Positions 25,860 through 39,164 of a stretch of 64,000 bases of DNA are shown here, one piece after another. The stretch is from Octopus vulgaris (taxonomy: Eukaryota). Position numbers and translations under genes: made by a program. The notes under the pieces were generated by a model. It had not been told where the DNA came from. It ran no database searches and saw only the letters and a program-made list of their open reading frames with translations. The DNA is taken from positions 75,082,001 to 75,146,000 of the forward strand of contig OX597822.1 in the NCBI GenBank assembly GCA_951406725.2, in the 5' to 3' direction. How positions within the stretch are numbered: position 1 is the stretch's first letter; every line of letters starts with the position of its first letter.

Positions 25860-26012
25860 TCAAATTTTTCCACAAGGACAGCAACTCTGGGGTAAGGGAT
25901 GAGCCGATTTCATCGACCCCAGTGTTCAACTGGTACTTATTTTAGCGACCCCGAAAAGATGAAAAGTGAAACCAGAACGTAAAGACGGGCGAAATGCTGC
26001 TAAGCATTCCAT
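25860..26012 (-). mobile_element. SINE family B fragment
   Basis: CATCGACCCCAGTGTTCAACTGGTACTTATTTT..CGACCCCGAAA. Confidence 0.75.
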
Positions 26013-26020
26013 CAGGCGTG

Positions 26021-26022
26021 GG

Positions 26023-26074
<52 letters not shown>

Positions 26075-26212
26075 GATGATGATGATGAGGAGGAGGATGA
26101 TGATGGTTCTGATGATGAGGATGATGGAGACAGTGATGGTGGTGGTGGTGGTGATGATGATGATGGTGATGGTGATGGTGATGATGATGATAGTGATGAT
26201 GATGATGATGAA

Positions 26213-26257
<45 letters not shown>

Positions 26258-26258
26258 A

Positions 26259-26292
<34 letters not shown>

Positions 26293-26980
26293 ATTTACTA
26301 CTAGGGTTACGGATGAGAGGAATAAAAGCGAAGTCATACATAAGATCTGCGGATTTAAACGGATAAATCGAATGAGAGAAGTAACGAATGAGACACTACG
26401 AAGACAAAGCTCAGCAAAAATATTTGCGGCAACAGCAACAGCAACAGCAACATTACGGTGACATTACAATCAATGGCGAGGGTTGACAGATTTGGCGGGA
26501 AAGAATGAAGAAGAGAGGTGGGCGGAAAAGAACAAAAATGGAGAGAGTGGTAAAAAAAGATGAAGAAAAATAAAGGAAGAAAAGAAGGAAAAGAAAGGAA
26601 TATGAAGAAAAGAAGATAAGAGAAGAAAACAAGGAAAAGAAAAAGGATGAGGATGAAGAAAAAGACGAGAAGATGATAAAATGTAAAAGAACAAGGGAAA
26701 GGGAAGAAAAGGAAAAAGAAAAATGATGAAGAAAGGAAGATGAAAAAGGAGGATGAAAAAAGACGATGAAAAAACGATAAGAAGAACAACAAGGGAAAGA
26801 AAATGAAAGATGAAAAATATGAGGAAGAAAAAGAAAAGAAGGAGAAAAAGATGAAAGTAAAGAAGATGAAGAGGAGACGATTATAAAGAAGAAAAAGAAC
26901 AAGAAGATAATGAATAAAGAAAGAAAATACCATAAAAAGAAAAAAATAAGAAAAGAATGACAAATACGAGTGTCACTTCC

Positions 26981-27017
<37 letters not shown>

Positions 27018-27281
27018 AGAGAAGATGGGGAGGAGGAGGTGAAGAAGAAGAAGAAGAAGAAGAAGAAGAAGAAGAAGAAGAAGAAGAAGAAGAAGAAGAA
27101 AGAGAAGGAGCGGGAGGATCAGTTATCTTGTGTGTAAAAAATACAATTGTAAATAAATATTAGAAACAAGAACAGCAGTAGTAGCAGCAGCAGCAGCAGC
27201 AGTAGCAGCAGCAGCAGCAGTAGCAGCAGCAGCAGCAACAACAACAACAACAACAACAACAGCAAAAACAACAACAACAAC

Positions 27282-27340
<59 letters not shown>

Positions 27341-27615
27341 TAATAATAATAATAATAATAATGATAATAATAATGAAGATGAATGCGAGACAAAGCGATG
27401 AGGAATTGCGGAAATGTCGTCTGAAAGACATCCTGATCTTTATCCGGATTGTTTCCATTGATCTGGCAGACACTGGAATCGATACAGATATTCGATTGGA
27501 AATAACATTCAACAATGACGTGCTGGTTACGGTGATATCCTTCAACACATCTTTATTCTGGCTACTGCTGTTGCTACTGGTGCTGCTACCGCTACGGCTG
27601 CTGCTGCCACTGCTG

Positions 27616-27661
<46 letters not shown>

Positions 27662-27712
27662 CACTACTACTACACCACCACCACCACCACCACCACCACC
27701 ACCACCACCACC

Positions 27713-27772
<60 letters not shown>
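26021..27772. repeat. Compound trinucleotide and purine-rich low-complexity region
   Basis: (GAT)n, GA-rich tract, (AGT)n, (GAA)n, (CAG)n, (AAT)n, (CTA)n, (CAC)n. Confidence 0.95.
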
Positions 27773-27774
<2 letters not shown>

Positions 27775-28442
27775 ATTTCAATGTATGTGCATATTTCCCT
27801 TGTACTTTGTCTGTTTGTTTGTCTCTGTTTGTATGTCTGTCTCACTTTATACGCGCGCTCGCGCACACAACACACACATACACACACAAACCCCATCTAA
27901 ACTATAAAATCCCTGAATAGGTCTAACCCTTATCGGGACTAGACTATTGGTAGGGGACTGTTTCGCTTGTTCTCCATAACTATCATCATCGTCATCATCA
28001 TCATCATCATCATCATTTCCCTCTTCCTCTCTCTCTTTTCCTCTCTCTCCCTCTCTCTCTCTTTCTGTTATTAGCACGAAAGAAAACCCATCAATTCCTT
28101 GGAACAAACGAAGCGGGATATAAACAGTCAGTGACGTCACAATCATACAATAACTCGCTACCAATAGCGTCACAAACAGATTTTAATTGTTGTCCACGTT
28201 AGAACAAAGCAGAGATTTACGACAGCAATCTATAAGAACCCAATTGGTGGGGAAAATGGTCGCATCAAAAGAAAGGAACAATCGTTTGTCAAAAGGTGAA
28301 GAAGACTACAAACAACCAGAACGATTTTGTGGTATATAAGCGAATCGTTTTCATTTTCCTTTGGTACTTTCCACCAATAGCTTCTTACATTATTTACATT
28401 ATTTACATTTGACGGATATTTGTCCTCATCTTGTTTGTTGTT

Positions 28443-28488
28443 AATACAACGTTTCGGCTGATATACCCTCCAGCCTTCATCAGATGCC
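28443..28488 (-). ncRNA. Minimal hammerhead ribozyme motif
   Basis: CTGATGA-A-GGCTG..CAGCC-GAAA-CG-TT; stem I partly degraded. Confidence 0.65.
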
Positions 28489-28579
28489 CTGCGGAAATTT
28501 CGAACCTGGGTTCTCATTTCTCGGGTATTTTCCCGTTGTTGTTGTTGTTGTTGTTGTTATTATTATTATTCATAACAAT

Positions 28580-29120
28580 TATGCCCTGATGCAGTACCAG
28601 GTAGTGGCTCTCGTGGCTTCTGATCTTAACTGATTGGAAGTGTTATTATGTACATTATTTTCTTGGTATAAAAGATCGGCTACAGCATATATTCTGCTCA
28701 ATACCACAGATTTGCTTGTCAGTTGTTTGACTTTAGCCAGTTGAGCATGTCCCTTAGTGGCTGACGATATGTGCATCTCTGATCACGAGCTGAAGTAGTG
28801 GGAGAGCATCATAGTCATGTGTTGAGAGAGATTTTTGGGGGTTTGAATAATCCACCTATGGAAACATGGGTGTTTTGTTCAATATCCTTAAACAAACCTT
28901 ATTCAGGGACCTTTTGAGCGGGATGGGTTACTCGACCAGAAGAAAATTCTAAGTGGGCCCCACCTGCAAGGTCATGATATGAGAGCACCATGTCATATAC
29001 ATATGGTTGTGATGGATGTGCCTAGTGTACCCTTATCAGACGGGTAGTCATGATGGGTATACTGGGCTTCGTATATTTTACCCCAGTGTCACTTTGATGG
29101 CATACACTGCATTCTCAATC
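28580..29120 (+). mobile_element. Family D repeat
   Basis: Reverse complement of 18061-18580, followed by (AAT)n. Confidence 0.85.
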
Positions 29121-29200
<80 letters not shown>

Positions 29201-29867
29201 CATCGAAAAATACCTTAGGAATCATAAACCAGGTTCGAAATTTCCCCAAGACACCTGAGCAGGGCTGGAGGGTATATCAGCTGGAACGTTGTCTTAACAA
29301 CAAACAAGATGAGGACAAATATCCGTCGAATGTAAATAATGTAAATAATGTACACAATTCCTCATCTCTCAAATATAGAACTACGCTTTCTTATAGTTCA
29401 CATTTGTTTTTGTTTGCAAGGACTTTCAGTTTTCAGTTTGTCTGATCTTTAACTTGGAGTTTGCTTAGAACCATTAACTATTCATGAAAAATGTCCTGCA
29501 ATTCTTCATTTCCTTCATTTATTGGGCAACTGCGAAAAATAAAAAATACTTTTCGCGCGCACACATATATATGCCCTTATTAATAATTATATATATGATT
29601 TAACCTTAATAGGTCCATTTTTATATGGTAGCCACTGATAAAAAATAAAGAAAAATTTTACCCTTCATGATATATATATAATTGCTATCAAGTTGAAAAT
29701 ATAGCCACGAAACACGTGTAATCTATTTACTAATTATATACTATTTATTTATTATTTAGTACTTTATTTAGTTTTAGGTAAATGTTTTATCGTATCTTTA
29801 ACTTTTTTCTATATAATATGATTTATATATCATTGTTGAATTGCTTCATGGTGGTTCTTCTCTAATT

Positions 29868-29909
<42 letters not shown>

Positions 29910-30096
29910 GAATGAACTGCACCCATGTTAGGGCATCACCTTGAAGCGTTTAATCGAATAAATCGTCTCTAGTACTTATTAGTCTGGTACTTATTTTGTT
30001 GGGGCTATTTACCGAATTACGGGGGCGTAAACAAACCGACATAGGTTGTCATGATTAGTGGACACAGGTGCAAACACAAAGGCGCACACATCTATC

Positions 30097-30503
30097 GAGC
30101 TGACAGACACGTTTGCGCGCCGGGCGAAATGCTTAGCGGTATTTCGTCTACCGCTACGTTCTGAGTTCAAATTCCGCCGAGGTCGACTTTGCCTTTCATC
30201 CTTTCGGGGTCGATAAATTAAGTACCAGTTACCCACTGGGGTCGATGTAATCGGCTTAATCCGTGTGTCTGTCCTTGTTTGTACCCTCTATGTTTAGCCC
30301 CTTGTGGGTAGTAAAGAAATAGGTATTTCGTCTGTCGTTACGTTCTGAGTTCAAATTCCGCCGGGGTCGACTTTACCTTTCATCCTTTCGGGGTCGATAA
30401 ATAAAGTACCAGTTTCGCACTGGGGTTGATGTAATCGACTTAATCCCTTTGTCTGTCCTCGTTTATCTCCTCTATGTTTAGCCTCTTGTGGGCAATAAAG
30501 AAA
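30097..30503 (+). mobile_element. SINE family B tandem dimer nested in a family A copy
   Basis: Two cores; family A tail-like sequence at about 29915-30090 and head at about 30650-30790 (minus). Confidence 0.85.
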
Positions 30504-30603
30504 TCTATCTATCTATCTATACATCCATCCATCCATCCATCCACACATACATACATACATACATACATACATACATACATACATACATACATACATACAT
30601 ACA

Positions 30604-30635
<32 letters not shown>

Positions 30636-31508
30636 CATGCGTACATATACACGAGGATATTCCACACAGTTTCCATCTACTATAGTTTGCAGCTATAGTA
30701 GAAAACGCGTGCCCAAAGTGTGCCGCACAGTGGGGCTGAACCCAGAACGTCATGGTTCTAAAGCTAGCTTCTTAACCACACAGTCATGCATGTAACAATA
30801 TTTCCGTTATTTAAGGCGGCGAACTAAAAATTCATGAGGTTTAAAATCGCTGGCATACATCCTAGGGTCGTTGGGGCTCGAATGCCATTACACCACAACA
30901 TGGACTTGGCCTCGTGGCGGAAGGTCAGTAATATTCCTCCTATCATGTATTGCAGCAGAATCATTCAAAGAAAATGCTTCCGTCTGCGCCGCTCTCGTAT
31001 GACTTATTTGACAGCCAGAGACAAAATTTATAAAACAGCAAGGACATAAATCTTGAACATAAATCCATTTTCACAGTAGGGTTTATCTGTCCAGACAAGT
31101 ATTAAACGAAAAATATTCCACCTGGAATGTATGCTGAATTTCTGAAGAAGCCCCAAGAAGTGTGACGTACGTGACCTCGCTCAAAATAACTTTTTTTACC
31201 TGAAGATATTAACTGCAAGTTCCTCTGAAATTTTCCACTATGATGTTTATTACTTTTGAAATTTTAAAAAACCATAATGGGTTTTCTGGTGTAGTGTTTT
31301 TCTCATTTACTTTATTTCCTGTTAAAGACAACGCTGCAAGACACTGATTTATGTCGACGTATGTATATAAGTAAATGTCAAACGATGAGAGTAAGAGCTC
31401 AACTGCGCATTAATGAATAAAATTTCTTCATTTGTGTATTAAGGCTACCATTGGTTTCAAATTAAGAAAATATATATGTATATATATAGGCGCAGAAGTG
31501 GCTCTGTA

Positions 31509-31675
31509 TAGGCGCAGGAGTGGCTGTGTGGTAAGTAGCTTGCTTACCAACCACATGGTTCCGGGTTCAGTCCCACTGCGTGGCACCTTGGGCAAGTGTC
31601 TTCTACTATAGCCTCGGGCCGACCAAAGCCTTGTGAGTGGATTTGGTAGACGGAAACTGAAAGAAGCCCGTCGTA

Positions 31676-31716
<41 letters not shown>

Positions 31717-31918
31717 TTGTGTGTCTGTGTTTGTCCCCCTAGCATTGCTTGACAACCGATGCTGGTGTGTTTATGTCCCCGTCACTTAGCGGTTCGGCAA
31801 AAGAGACCGATAGAATAAGTACTAGGATTACAAAAGAATAAGTCCCGGGGTCGAGTTGCTCGACTAAAGGCGGTGCTCCAGCATGGCCGCAGTGAAATGA
31901 CTGAAACAAGTAAAAGAA
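31509..31918 (+). mobile_element. SINE family A, near-consensus copy
   Basis: A box TGGCTGTGTGG, B box GGTTCAGTCCC, CORE-like ACCTTGGGCAAGT, internal (TA)n/(TG)n, tail GTAAAAGA. Confidence 0.92.
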
Positions 31919-32131
31919 AAAAAAAACAGAAAAAAAGAAAAATATGTATGTGTGTGTACATGATGTATGTGCAAGTGTATATATGTGCATGTGCTCATGT
32001 ACATAGGTACACATGTATAAGAATGTGAATGTGGGCGGGTGTGTGTGATTGTATGTATATGTATGTGTGTACGTAGCTGCAGATGTGCAAGTGTGTGTGT
32101 GCGCGTGGATGTGTGTGTGTGTGGATGTATG

Positions 32132-32163
<32 letters not shown>

Positions 32164-32672
32164 TGTATGTATGTATGTATGTATGTATGTGTGTATATGT
32201 GTGTGTATATGTGATTACGTGGTGGCATACCGTGCCAGCTGTGAAGAATGAATAAGGTGACCTCAGATCGAAGGATTCACTTTTTGTCTTCTTCCTTCTT
32301 CCGCTTACTCTTTACCTTCCTCCTTCCTTCATCTTGCCCTTCTTCATGTTCTTTTTTCCTTCTTTTCCACCTTTATCGTTTACTTTTTCCTTTTTTCTTC
32401 TTTTCTTCTTTCTTGTTTTTTCACACATTTATTTTTGTATTGTATTTACTTTTTGTATTGTTTTATCATTTTTATATTATTTTTTATATTAAAAAAAATT
32501 TTTTTTTTTCTATCTTTTATTTTCTATTTTTATTTCTTATTTGTATAATTGTAAGAAAAGCTCAAAACCCATTAGAGTAACTGTAAAACATTACCATTAA
32601 AATAAAAATTATCCCCCCAAAAGCCATCTTTACTTTTTTCATATATATATGTGTTTTTTTATATTCTATACA

Positions 32673-32802
<130 letters not shown>

Positions 32803-32804
32803 AT

Positions 32805-32902
32805 AAAGAAAATGGAGATTTACGATTGACATATTTTGAATATAATTTATTAATAATAATAATATGATATAATATAACATGAATAAAAATGTAAATATTA
32901 AT

Positions 32903-32938
<36 letters not shown>

Positions 32939-33745
32939 CACACACACAAACACAAACACAAACACATGATAATGTATATTTATGGTTTCCTTTTTTTCAA
33001 ATGCTATTTTCTTAATAAAACTACGTAATTTTTATTTTGATTGAAATTTTAGTAATTATAAATAATGAATATAGTAATTAGTAATTATAAATAATGAATA
33101 TAGTGTAATTTATAATATTATTCACTATTAGCCTTGTGAAGACAAAGTATTGTAATTAATTTATTTTTTGCTATTTAACCATAATTAATAGTGCGTTGTT
33201 TTTGTTTTTTTTTTTCAGATTAACGAATTTTTCTGAATATTTTGTCTGAATAAAATATATTTGTTTCCTAATAGTATGACGAATAAAAGAAGAATTTTCC
33301 TACTCCGCCATAAATTCTTAGTATATTATTTAGATTTTTTATATATGAAAAATAATGGGCAGATATATTTCTAGATTAATATTATTAAAAGTGCGCAAGA
33401 ATATTTATGACGATTATACTTTTTATTTATTTTATTTATTTGATTTTTTAAATTTTTATTTTCATTATATTCTAAAATTATTGACGTTCATGCTTACAAA
33501 CATATTTAATGCAGTCTATTCTAGGATTTAACAATCCTTACATGAAATTTTGTCAAATATTCCCCTGATGAGTTTCATACACATAAATATGAATTTTTTT
33601 ATAAATTAGTAATTGAGAAAAAAATCGAAACAATTTGTAGGATTAATATTTGTATTTCTATTCATATTATATTATTATTGCAATATATTATGTTAATAAA
33701 TTATATTTAAAATATGTCACTCGTAAATCTCCATTTTCTTTTAAT
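32805..33745. mobile_element. AT-rich inverted-repeat element with hammerhead-like motif
   Basis: Arms about 32805-32903 and 33641-33741; CTGATGA 33565, GAAA 33627, CAATTTG-TA. Confidence 0.55.
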
Positions 33746-33879
33746 TTTTGTATATTGAATATATACCCTTTTGGGTTGTGAAAAGATTTTCTCTGCCATA
33801 TTAGGTATTTAGTGAAAATCCAGGGGAAAAATTGGATGTTTTCCATCTCTATAAAAGAAATTATTTTTTCCTTGTATTG

Positions 33880-33924
<45 letters not shown>

Positions 33925-33925
<1 letters not shown>

Positions 33926-34305
33926 TAGCAGTATCGCCCGGCGTTGCTCAGGTTTGTAAGGGAAATAACTATAAAGCATTTTTAGAGAGTTATAGCCAAA
34001 AAATAGCAAAAAAATGGAAAAAAATGATGGTAAATTTTTTTTTGAGAGTAAAAAAAGGTTGAGTTGTGTCCCCTAGACAGTCTGTGGTTTGTTTTTTTTT
34101 ATTCTCGACCCCATGTCGAATTTATCGATTTTTTTCAGAACTGGGGGAACTTTTCAAAATTTTCGCTGCGTTAGTTTTGAATTATGACATTGGGCTATGT
34201 GTGTGTCAAGTTTCATCAGAATCGGTTGAAAGCCGTGGTCAGGGTGAGGGTACGAGAAAACAGACACGCAGAAACACGCACAGACAAACTGCCGTTTATA
34301 TAGAG

Positions 34306-34306
<1 letters not shown>
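33925..34306 (-). mobile_element. Non-autonomous Helitron
   Basis: Minus strand starts A|TCTCTATATAAA, has a GTCT-like tract and ends with hairpin GAGCAACGCCGGG..CTAG|T; sits inside (TA)n. Confidence 0.8.
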
Positions 34307-34342
<36 letters not shown>

Positions 34343-34480
34343 CTAGCAGCTAAGCCCGGTTTTACCCGGTCGGTTTGGATAAAGTCACTGTAAAACCTGT
34401 TCTGTGTAAGCATTCGACTTGTTTGGGCACGCTTACGTTAAAAACAATTTAGAATGATTTTTTCTGTCAAAACGCTAAGA
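34343..34480 (-). mobile_element. Second Helitron 3' terminus
   Basis: Hairpin CCGGGTAAAACCGG then GCTAG|T on the minus strand; far boundary uncertain. Confidence 0.55.
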
Positions 34481-34901
34481 ATAATTGACCAACGAAAAAA
34501 AAAACAAGATTCAAACAAATCAAATAATAAACCTAAATATTAAGCCAACAAAGATGAACCATGCCACTTCTATTGCGCGCGCACGCACACACTCACACAA
34601 ACATAAACATTTACATACCCCCCCTTTACATACACACACATATATTCACACAGTTGAAACGCTATTTGATTTATTTTTTCAGTGTACAATTTTCATCATT
34701 CCACTACCAAGTATGACATCACCTCTTCCTTCCTTATTCATCTATCACCCCTTCCTTTCTCATTCATAAACACAAGAGTATTTTTATAGTAGATTATCTC
34801 GGTAACCATGGAAGCTATGATAAAATACAAAGCCCAGCATCACCACCGGATCATTCTACACATCTGTGTAATTTTTCGCGCAATATAGATATGTGTGTCC
34901 G

Positions 34902-34974
<73 letters not shown>

Positions 34975-35966
34975 ATAAAGTAAGCAAACTATGTGTCTGT
35001 ATGTATATATGCATATATATATATAAACAAACGATGTGCATTGCGCTACATGAATGTATCAAGGGTAAAACAGAAAGAATACAAGGGAAAAAGTTAAACG
35101 GAAGCAGAGTAAACGGGATAGTAGATGAAAACTAAACGGACAGGAAATTAGACAACAATTACACGGAATATTCGCAGCTGAGTTTTCCTCTTCAGTCAAA
35201 GACGCAAAATATCATAACAGTTTCACGCCAATTACCTTTGATACTGTTCAGTTTTGTAGGCGCCAGTACTTTTATTAAGCTTCTGGGAAAAAGCTAGCGA
35301 ATGTGCGTCAAGACAGAAGCAAACAAAACGTTATATAAATACAACGGACAGCAAATTATGCATATATAACAGCACGAAGCCTTACGGCTATATACGAACG
35401 AAAAAAAAACCATACTGATAATTATAAATGCAGCAGAAAGAGCGTTGTAGTTGTCAAACGAACTAAATGGGATTGTGCAAAGAGAAAATAGAATAAGTCC
35501 GAGAGGACAGAACGGACTTAACAAGAGCGTGACCAGCCTGGTCACAGGTAGGGCAAAGAAGAACGACACTGCTTTTACCGGGCACCGATCACGTGGTATG
35601 GAAGCGGAAGTGTTGAGAGAAGGGAGAAGGGGTGACAGAGAGAGGGAGAGAGAGAACGAAGGTGCAGAGGTAGAAAGAGGGAGCAAATGACCAAGAGAGA
35701 GAGAGAGAGAGAGAGAGCGAAGGGGGCAGAGTAAGAGCGAGAGGGGGAGGAAGGTGCAAGCGAGGGCGGAAACGGATGGAGAAAGGGGGAGTAAGAGCAG
35801 CAGTGGAAAAAGATAGAGTAAGAAGGAAAGAGGAGGGACAGAGAGAGAGAGAGTGTGTGTGTGCGAATGAGAGGGAGAGAGAGAGAACAAAATAGGGAAA
35901 CAAAAGGAGAAAGAGTGGGTATAGGGTTAAGGGTGACACAAAAATATTCAAAAAATATTTTACGAT

Positions 35967-36412
35967 AGGCATAGGATTGGCTCTGTGGTAAGTAGCTTGC
36001 TTACGAACCACATGGTTCCGGGTTCAGTTCCCCTGCCTGGCACCTTGGGCAAGTGTCTTCTACTATAGCTTCGGGCCGACCAAAGCTTTGTGAGTGGATT
36101 TGATAGACGGAAACTGAAAGAAGCCCGTCGTATAGATGTATATATATGTGTGTGTATGTGTGTGTATGTATATGTTTGTGTGTCTGTCTTTGTGCCCCCC
36201 TCCCCCAACATCGCTTGACAACCGATGGTGGTGTGTTTACGTCCCCGTAACTTAGCGGTTCGGCGAAAGAGATCGATAGAATAAGTTACTAGGCTTACAA
36301 AGAATAAGTCCCGGGGTCGATTTGCTCGGCTAAAAAAAAAAGGGTGGTGCCCCAGCATGGCCACAGTCAAATGACTGAAACAAGCAAAAGAGTAAAGAGA
36401 GTAAAAGAGTAA
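35967..36412 (+). mobile_element. SINE family A
   Basis: Consensus match. Confidence 0.9.
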
Positions 36413-37835
36413 GCGATGTGCATTGCGCTACACGGATGAGTCAATGGCGCATGCGCATGATCACACACTCGAGCACACACATACACACACGTTCGCACTC
36501 ACGCACTCGTATATATTACTGGGTACATTCAGTAATACTAATTCAAAAACCACTTCAACGCTGTCGATTAGTAATTTATGCCATTTTTCTAATACACTGC
36601 AAACTTTTTATTCCGGAGTAACTATTTCTTTGTGTTCATTTTACGAAAGATACAACTATAAATACGCATTCATTCTCAATATGTACATAAATATATATAA
36701 ATATATATACATGCATGCATATACATATATATGTGTGTGTGTATGTGTGTGCTTTTACTATTTCAATGCATACTTTAAATATGTACCACCAGTGCTTTCA
36801 ATTTGGGCTTTTTTGTGCTTATTTTCCGTTGTTTTATCTTTCATACTAAAATTTTACTTGTACATCACTCACTAAATATTCTTTAAATCTTTCGTCTCAG
36901 AGTTTTTCTATTTCCTCTTTTTCCCCTTTTTTATAAAAATTATCCTTTCACTTTATACGTGCTTTCAAAATGTCCTTTCAATATTTTGTCTCCACGTTCT
37001 TTTTTTTCAAAATATCCTTTAAATACATATCACTCCCAAAATTTTGTTTTTCCTATTTCCTTTAAGCGCTCTTTCAAAATATTTAAATGTTTTGTCTTAG
37101 CTTTCTTTCAAAATGCCATTTAAATATATTTCACTTCTAAAATAACATTTTAAATATTTCCTCTTGGCGATCTATCAAAGTATCTTAAAATATTCCATCT
37201 AAATATTCTTTCAAAATATCATTTAAATATATACATCACTTCCTAAATAACATTTTTTAAAAGACAAAGATCAACAAAATAACTTCTGAAACGTCACCCT
37301 CGATGCAGACACAAATACACATAAGATGAAGTATGTCTCAGAATAAAGAACTTACTATGTAACCAACTATTACGAATGGAAGAGATAACAATACAAGAAA
37401 AGAAGCAGAAAAGATACCCAAATATGAAGTTACAATAATTCTTTTTTTAAAAAGCTGACGGAGAAGGATGTTGCTAACAAGCAACGAGCATGTACAGAAA
37501 CAAAATGAGATGAAAGCAAAATATAAAAAAAAAGTATAGGAAAACACAAATAGATATCCCATGAAACAAAAGCAAAACAATATAGAAAAAGATAGTCGAA
37601 CATGAAGATAGACCAAAGTTGACAACAGATGAGAACAACTAGAATAGACAACTAAAAAGAATCCGATTAAAAATACGATAACAATGACTGCAGCAAAACT
37701 AAGAACAATTCACTTCGAAGAACGATAAACTGGAAATGGTATAGGTATATATACATATACATAAACATATATACTTATACATGTGGGTGTATCCTTGTGT
37801 TTGTGCGCCTGTGCGTATGTGTGTGTGTGTATAAA

Positions 37836-38080
37836 CGCAGATGTTTATGAAACCGAAGTTACAGCAGTGCTCCAAGACATCATACTAGAGAAGAAAAATT
37901 ACATCGGTATATGCGAAGGCAATTTTAAAAGCTGTTTTGTACGTCACCAGTTTTTTTTGTTTTTGTTTTTCGACATGTTTATAAAAATAAGGCCACTAAA
38001 TTTGCTAGCTTTCTATGGGATCTAAAGACCAAATTTATGCCGCATGCAATCAAGTGGAGAATAGTGGAGAAATCTTCGCT
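37836..38080 (+). pseudogene. GIY-YIG endonuclease remnant of a second PLE lineage (Naiad-like)
   Basis: VYETEV...NYIGICEGNFKS...H, then FLWDLK...IKWRIVEKS across frameshifts. Confidence 0.6.
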
Positions 38081-38255
38081 ATATATATATATAAATAAAA
38101 GATATACAAGCTATATGTCGTATATATGTACGTATATATATATATATATATATATATACGGGAAGCTTTATGAAAATAGACAAAAGACGAAGGCAGGTGG
38201 AAAACAAACGAACAATTGTATTAGTATGGCGCTCAGGAAATATAAATAAAACAAG

Positions 38256-38293
38256 TCTTTAACGTTTCGAGCCTACGCTCTTCAACAGAAAAA
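38256..38293 (-). ncRNA. Minimal hammerhead motif in the 3' pseudo-LTR
   Basis: TTTTT-CTGTTGA-A-GAGC(GTAG)GCTC-GAAA-CG-TT-AAAGA. Confidence 0.7.
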
Positions 38294-39164
38294 TACACAG
38301 AGAGAAAAAAAAACACAGAAAGAAGGAGAGAAAAAAAATGCGTGCAGTAGCTAACGAATCAACATGGCGATCTGATTTCGGCCAGAGGTCAAAGATCAAA
38401 CATGAGACGCGAGAGCGAAATAAGGGGAGATAATAGGGTTGATAATAGGGTTGATAATAGGGTTGAAGGACTAGCTAATAGTGCGTAGGAGGGGTCTGGA
38501 CGTGTGTATGCATAGGGTTGGTGTATGTATTAGTATGTATAAGGGGAGTGTGTGTATGAGAGAGTATTAGTGCGTAGGATTGGTCTGGACGTGCGTATGT
38601 ATGGGGTTGGTGTATGTATTAGTACGTATTAGTATGTATAAGTGTGTGTGTGTGTGTATGAGAGAGTATAAGTGCGTATGCGGGGTCTGGACGTGTGTAT
38701 GTATAGGGTTGGTGTATGTATTAGTATGTATTAGTATGTATTAGTACGTATTAGTATGTATTAGTTGGTGTATGTATTAGTATGGCACATCATATATGAT
38801 GTGATGTGTAAAGTCGTGTGGTGTAGTGAGGAGAAGAGGGGGAGGGGGAGAAGAGGGGGGAGAAGGGGAGGGGAAGAAGAGGGGGAGGAGAGGGGGGAAG
38901 AAGAGAGGATAGGGGAGAGAGAGGAGGGGGAGAAGGAAGGGGAGGAGTGGGAGCAAGGAGGAAAGAGGGAGAGGGGGAGGGAGAAGGGGAGAGAGGGAGT
39001 GAGGGAGCAGAGGGAAGGGGAAGAGGGAAGGAGGGAGAGAGAAAGAGGGAAGAAGGGAAGGGGAGTAGGGGTGAAAGGATGAAGGACTGAAGAAGTAGGG
39101 GTCGGGGTGGAAAGGATAGGTGAGGAGGGGGAGAGGGGGGTTAGATGAGGAGGGGGGGAGAGTT

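Larger units (their letters stand above)
28385..29383. mobile_element. Family H head-to-head inverted pair interrupted by a family D element
   Basis: Minus arm 28385-28570 with intact CTGATGA..GAAACGTT; plus arm about 29195-29383 with degraded core; flanks GCTTCTTA and GCTTTCTTA. Confidence 0.75.

Noticed and set aside
29045-29102. SECIS-like ATGA..GA hairpin in family D
   Set aside because: The apical AA is absent and no selenoprotein ORF is linked
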